Assembly (NCBI RefSeq): GCF_003334785.1
Contig: NZ_QOWV01000012.1
DNA: 64,000 bases
Direction: 5' to 3' (one strand)
Source: Escherichia coli
GTDB lineage: Bacteria > Pseudomonadota > Gammaproteobacteria > Enterobacterales > Enterobacteriaceae
Of the stretch, positions 59,179-64,000 are shown in pieces. The notes below the pieces were generated by a model. It did not search any database. It worked only from the letters and a program-made list of their open reading frames with translations, and was not told where the DNA came from. Each line of letters begins with the position of its first letter. The stretch's first letter is position 1. Made by a program: the position numbers and the translations under genes.

Positions 59179-59892
59179 TCAGACCTGAGTGGCGCTAACC
59201 ATCCGGCGCAGGCAGGCGATTTGCAGTACGGCTGGAATTGTCACGCGATAGGCACTGCCGCTGACCGCTTTAACCCCATTTAATGCTGCGCCCACAGGGC
59301 CTCCCAGACCCGCGCCGCGCAGCAAACCATGCCCAAGCACGCTCATTGCTGCGTGGGTGCGTAAAATGCGGGTCAATTGGCTGGAAAGCAAATGCGACAC
59401 GCCTTTTGCCAATAATTTGTCTTTCATCAGCAGCGGCAGCAGCTCTTCCAGCTCATTCACCCTGGCATCGACCGCGTGCAGAAACTCCTGCTTATGTTCC
59501 TCGTCCATATTCTTCCAGGTGTTACGCAGAAATTGTTCCAGTAACTGTTGCTCAATCTCAAACGTAGACATCTCTTTGTCGGCTTTCAGCTTCAATCGTT
59601 TTGAAACATCGAGCAAAATGGCCCGATACAATTTACCGTGTCCGCGCAGTTTGTTGGCGATACTATCGCCACCAAAATGCTGTAATTCTCCAGCAATCAG
59701 CTGCCAGTTGCGGCGATGTTGCTCGGGATGCCCTTCCATCGATTTAAACAGTTCGTTGCGCATCAGTACGCTGGAGAGGCGAGTTTTGCCTTTTTCATTA
59801 TGGGTGAGCAATCGGGCGAAATTTGCCAACTGTTCCTCACTACAATGCTGAAGAAAATCCAGATCTGAATCATTCAGGTAATTAACATTCAT
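59179..59892 (-). CDS. yaaW: UPF0174 protein YaaW
   Basis: 237 aa starting MNVNYLNDSDLDFLQHCSEEQL. Confidence 0.8.
   Translation of the reverse strand: MNVNYLNDSDLDFLQHCSEEQLANFARLLTHNEKGKTRLSSVLMRNELFKSMEGHPEQHRRNWQLIAGELQHFGGDSIANKLRGHGKLYRAILLDVSKRLKLKADKEMSTFEIEQQLLEQFLRNTWKNMDEEHKQEFLHAVDARVNELEELLPLLMKDKLLAKGVSHLLSSQLTRILRTHAAMSVLGHGLLRGAGLGGPVGAALNGVKAVSGSAYRVTIPAVLQIACLRRMVSATQV
59366..59851 (+). CDS. htgA: Antisense-overlapping ORF inside yaaW, at the position annotated in K-12 as htgA/mbiA; coding status doubtful
   Basis: Open frame of 161 codons from an internal ATG, entirely embedded antisense in yaaW; low-complexity Ser/Cys-rich translation. Confidence 0.3.
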   Translation: MRVNWLESKCDTPFANNLSFISSGSSSSSSFTLASTACRNSCLCSSSIFFQVLRRNCSSNCCSISNVDISLSAFSFNRFETSSKMARYNLPCPRSLLAILSPPKCCNSPAISCQLRRCCSGCPSIDLNSSLRISTLERRVLPFSLWVSNRAKFANCSSLQC

Positions 59893-59917
59893 TTTTTGTG
59901 GTTTCTATATTCTGGCG

Positions 59918-60322
59918 TTAGTCGTCGCCGATAATTTTCAGCGTGGCCATATCCGATGAGTTCACCGTATGACCGGAAAAGGTGATTTTTGAGACGCAGC
60001 GTTTATTGTCGTTATCACTGTTAATGTTGATCCAGTCAGTGGTTTGCCCTTCTTTTATTACTGAAGGAATATTCAGACTCTGACTGGCGCTACGGGCGGC
60101 TTTGAAATAAACCGATGCACCGCTTAACTGTAAATCGCCATGGTCGGCAGAGAGTTGTATGCGTTTCACAATGCGACAAACAGGAAGTTTCAGCGCCAGA
60201 TCGTTGGTTTCGTTACGCGGCATTGCAATGACGCCGAGGAGTTTATGGTCGTTTGCCTGCGCCGTGCAGCACAGCATCAGGCTAATCGCCAGGCTGGCGG
60301 AAATCGTAAAAACGGATTTCAT
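59918..60322 (-). CDS. yaaI: DUF2541 periplasmic protein YaaI
   Basis: 134 aa with signal peptide. Confidence 0.8.
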   Translation of the reverse strand: MKSVFTISASLAISLMLCCTAQANDHKLLGVIAMPRNETNDLALKLPVCRIVKRIQLSADHGDLQLSGASVYFKAARSASQSLNIPSVIKEGQTTDWININSDNDNKRCVSKITFSGHTVNSSDMATLKIIGDD

Positions 60323-60548
60323 AAGGATTCTCTTAGTGGGAAGAGGTAGAGGGATGAATACCCACTAGTTTACTGCTGATAAAGAGAAGGTTCAGGTACG
60401 TAATCTTTTCTTTTTATTACAATTTTTTGATGAATGCCTTGGCTGCGATTCATTCTTTATCTGAATAAAATTGCTGTCAATTTTACGTCTTGTCCTGCCA
60501 TATCGCGAAATTTCTGCGCAAAAGCACAAAAAATTTTTGCATCTCCCC

Positions 60549-60578
60549 CTTGATGACGTGGGTTACGACCCCATTTAG
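60549..60578 (+). promoter_or_regulatory. dnaK heat-shock promoter P1 (sigma-32)
   Basis: CTTGAT -35 and CCCCATTTA -10 with the extended C-run typical of sigma-32 promoters. Confidence 0.7.
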
Positions 60579-60624
60579 TAGTCAACCGCAGTGAGTGAGT
60601 CTGCAAAAAAATGAAATTGGGCAG

Positions 60625-60651
60625 TTGAAACCAGACGTTTCGCCCCTATTA
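60625..60651 (+). promoter_or_regulatory. dnaK heat-shock promoter P2 (sigma-32)
   Basis: TTGAAA -35 and CCCCTATTA -10. Confidence 0.7.
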
Positions 60652-60698
60652 CAGACTCACAACCACATGATGACCGAATATATAGTGGAGACGTTTAG

Positions 60699-62615
60699 AT
60701 GGGTAAAATAATTGGTATCGACCTGGGTACTACCAACTCTTGTGTAGCGATTATGGATGGCACCACTCCTCGTGTGCTGGAGAACGCCGAAGGCGATCGC
60801 ACCACGCCTTCTATCATTGCCTATACCCAGGATGGTGAAACTCTGGTTGGTCAGCCGGCTAAACGTCAGGCAGTGACGAACCCGCAAAACACCCTGTTTG
60901 CGATTAAACGCCTGATTGGCCGCCGCTTCCAGGACGAAGAAGTACAGCGTGATGTTTCCATCATGCCGTTCAAAATTATTGCTGCTGATAACGGCGACGC
61001 ATGGGTCGAAGTTAAAGGCCAGAAAATGGCACCGCCGCAGATCTCTGCTGAAGTGCTGAAAAAAATGAAGAAAACCGCTGAAGATTACCTGGGTGAACCG
61101 GTAACTGAAGCTGTTATCACCGTACCGGCATACTTTAACGATGCTCAGCGTCAGGCAACCAAAGACGCAGGCCGTATCGCTGGTCTGGAAGTAAAACGTA
61201 TCATCAACGAACCGACCGCAGCTGCGCTGGCTTACGGTCTGGACAAAGGTACTGGCAACCGTACTATCGCGGTTTATGACCTGGGTGGTGGTACTTTCGA
61301 TATTTCTATTATCGAAATCGACGAAGTTGACGGCGAAAAAACCTTCGAAGTTCTGGCAACCAACGGTGATACCCACCTGGGTGGTGAAGACTTCGACAGC
61401 CGTCTGATCAACTACCTGGTTGAAGAATTCAAGAAAGATCAGGGCATTGACCTGCGCAACGATCCGCTGGCAATGCAGCGCCTGAAAGAAGCGGCAGAAA
61501 AAGCGAAAATCGAACTGTCTTCCGCTCAGCAGACCGACGTTAACCTGCCGTACATCACTGCAGATGCGACCGGTCCGAAACACATGAACATCAAAGTGAC
61601 TCGTGCGAAACTGGAAAGCCTGGTTGAAGATCTGGTAAACCGTTCCATTGAGCCGCTGAAAGTTGCACTGCAGGACGCTGGCCTGTCCGTATCTGATATC
61701 GACGACGTTATCCTCGTTGGTGGTCAGACTCGTATGCCAATGGTTCAGAAGAAAGTTGCTGAGTTCTTTGGTAAAGAGCCGCGTAAAGACGTTAACCCGG
61801 ACGAAGCTGTAGCAATCGGTGCTGCTGTTCAGGGTGGTGTTCTGACTGGTGACGTGAAAGACGTACTGCTGCTGGACGTTACCCCGCTGTCTCTGGGTAT
61901 CGAAACCATGGGCGGTGTGATGACGACGCTGATCGCGAAAAACACCACTATCCCGACCAAGCACAGCCAGGTGTTCTCTACCGCTGAAGACAACCAGTCT
62001 GCGGTAACCATCCATGTGCTGCAGGGTGAACGTAAACGTGCGGCTGATAACAAATCTCTGGGTCAGTTCAACCTGGATGGTATCAACCCGGCACCGCGCG
62101 GCATGCCGCAGATCGAAGTTACCTTCGATATCGATGCTGACGGTATCCTGCACGTTTCCGCGAAAGATAAAAACAGCGGTAAAGAGCAGAAGATCACCAT
62201 CAAGGCTTCTTCTGGTCTGAACGAAGATGAAATCCAGAAAATGGTACGCGACGCAGAAGCTAACGCCGAAGCTGACCGTAAGTTTGAAGAGCTGGTACAG
62301 ACTCGCAACCAGGGCGACCATCTGCTGCACAGCACCCGTAAGCAGGTTGAAGAAGCAGGCGACAAACTGCCGGCTGACGACAAAACTGCTATCGAGTCTG
62401 CACTGACTGCACTGGAAACTGCTCTGAAAGGTGAAGACAAAGCCGCTATCGAAGCGAAAATGCAGGAACTGGCACAGGTTTCCCAGAAACTGATGGAAAT
62501 CGCCCAGCAGCAACATGCCCAGCAGCAGACTGCCGGTGCTGATGCTTCTGCAAACAACGCGAAAGATGACGATGTTGTCGACGCTGAATTTGAAGAAGTC
62601 AAAGACAAAAAATAA
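60699..62615 (+). CDS. dnaK: Chaperone DnaK (Hsp70)
   Basis: 638 aa starting [21 protein letters not shown]. Confidence 0.98.
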
Positions 62616-62703
62616 TCGCCCTATAAACGGGTAATTATACTGACACGGGCGAAGGGGAATTTCCTCTCCGCCCGTGCATTCATCTAGGGGCAATTTAAAA
62701 AAG

Positions 62704-63834
62704 ATGGCTAAGCAAGATTATTACGAGATTTTAGGCGTTTCCAAAACAGCGGAAGAGCGTGAAATCAAAAAGGCCTACAAACGCCTGGCCATGAAATACC
62801 ACCCGGACCGTAACCAGGGTGACAAAGAGGCCGAGGCGAAATTTAAAGAGATCAAGGAAGCTTATGAAGTTCTGACCGACTCGCAAAAACGTGCGGCATA
62901 CGATCAGTATGGTCATGCTGCGTTTGAGCAAGGTGGTATGGGCGGCGGCGGTTTTGGCGGCGGCGCAGACTTCAGCGATATTTTTGGTGACGTTTTCGGC
63001 GATATTTTTGGCGGCGGACGTGGTCGTCAACGTGCGGCGCGCGGTGCTGATTTACGCTATAACATGGAGCTCACCCTCGAAGAAGCTGTACGTGGCGTGA
63101 CCAAAGAGATCCGCATTCCGACTCTGGAAGAGTGTGACGTTTGCCACGGTAGCGGTGCAAAACCAGGTACACAGCCGCAGACCTGTCCGACCTGTCATGG
63201 TTCTGGTCAGGTGCAGATGCGTCAGGGATTCTTCGCTGTACAGCAGACCTGTCCACACTGTCAGGGCCGCGGTACGCTGATCAAAGATCCGTGCAACAAA
63301 TGTCATGGTCATGGTCGTGTTGAGCGCAGCAAAACGCTGTCCGTTAAAATCCCGGCAGGAGTGGACACTGGAGACCGCATCCGTCTTGCGGGCGAAGGTG
63401 AAGCGGGCGAGCATGGCGCACCGGCAGGCGATCTGTACGTTCAGGTTCAGGTTAAACAGCACCCGATTTTCGAGCGTGAAGGCAACAACCTGTATTGCGA
63501 AGTCCCGATCAACTTCGCTATGGCGGCGCTGGGTGGCGAAATCGAAGTACCGACCCTTGATGGTCGCGTCAAACTGAAAGTGCCTGGCGAAACCCAGACC
63601 GGTAAGCTTTTCCGTATGCGCGGTAAAGGCGTCAAGTCTGTCCGCGGTGGCGCACAGGGTGATTTGCTGTGCCGCGTTGTCGTCGAAACACCGGTAGGCC
63701 TGAACGAGAAGCAGAAACAGCTGCTGCAAGAGCTGCAAGAAAGCTTCGGTGGCCCAACCGGCGAGCACAACAGCCCGCGCTCAAAGAGCTTCTTTGATGG
63801 TGTGAAGAAGTTTTTTGACGACCTGACCCGCTAA
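62704..63834 (+). CDS. dnaJ: Co-chaperone DnaJ (Hsp40)
   Basis: J domain with HPD motif (KYHPDRN), Gly/Phe-rich region, four CxxCxGxG zinc-finger repeats. Confidence 0.98.
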
Positions 63835-64000
63835 CCTCCCCAAAAGCCTGCCCGTGGGCAGGCCTGGGTAAAACCAGGGTGCGTTGAAGATATGCGAGCA
63901 CCTGAAAAGTGGCGGGGATCACTCCCATAAGCGCTAACTTAAGGGTTGAACCATCTGAAGAATGCGACGCCTCGGTGCCTCGTTAAGACGATGCCTCGCG

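Noticed and set aside
60657-62693. 678-aa ORF antisense to dnaK
   Set aside because: Lies entirely within and opposite the strongly supported dnaK gene; low-complexity translation and no start-site signals. Interpreted as a shadow ORF produced by the codon bias of the highly expressed sense gene.
63052-63768. 238-aa ORF antisense to dnaJ
   Set aside because: Embedded opposite the dnaJ coding region; no independent support.

Overview
This window reads as the Escherichia coli chromosome across the conventional origin of numbering: the last ~48.5 kb of the K-12 map (tsr to lasT/yjtD) joined directly to the first ~15.5 kb (thrL to dnaJ). It is core, well-studied genome, and I found no convincing novel multi-gene system. 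Every long ORF matches a known gene by protein sequence and length. Order: tsr (5' truncated), lgoT, lgoR, lgoD, opgB, yjjA, dnaC, dnaT, yjjB, yjjP, yjjQ, bglJ, fhuF, yjjZ, one tRNA-Leu(CAG), rsmC, holD, rimI, yjjG, prfC, osmY, ytjA, yjjU, yjjV, yjjW, yjjI, deoCABD, lplA, ytjB, serB, radA, nadR, ettA, slt, trpR, yjjX, gpmB, rob, creABCD, arcA, yjjY, lasT, thrL, thrABC, yaaX, yaaA, yaaJ, talB, mog, satP, yaaW, yaaI, dnaK, dnaJ. Recognisable regulatory sites include three DeoR operators at the expected 599/279 bp spacing, the TrpR operator, Fur boxes between fhuF and yjjZ, the thr attenuator and the two sigma-32 dnaK promoters. Differences from the MG1655 arrangement, all judged from memory: only one tRNA-Leu where K-12 has leuQ-leuP-leuV; the hipA-like yjjJ between deoD and lplA is absent and replaced by an AT-rich segment with an 87-aa XRE-type HTH ORF; no IS186 directly after dnaJ; a few substitutions in the thr leader region. 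The most interesting items are that deoD-lplA islet and the uncharacterised glycyl-radical pair yjjI-yjjW. Long antisense ORFs inside dnaK, prfC and the deo genes are treated as non-coding shadow ORFs.
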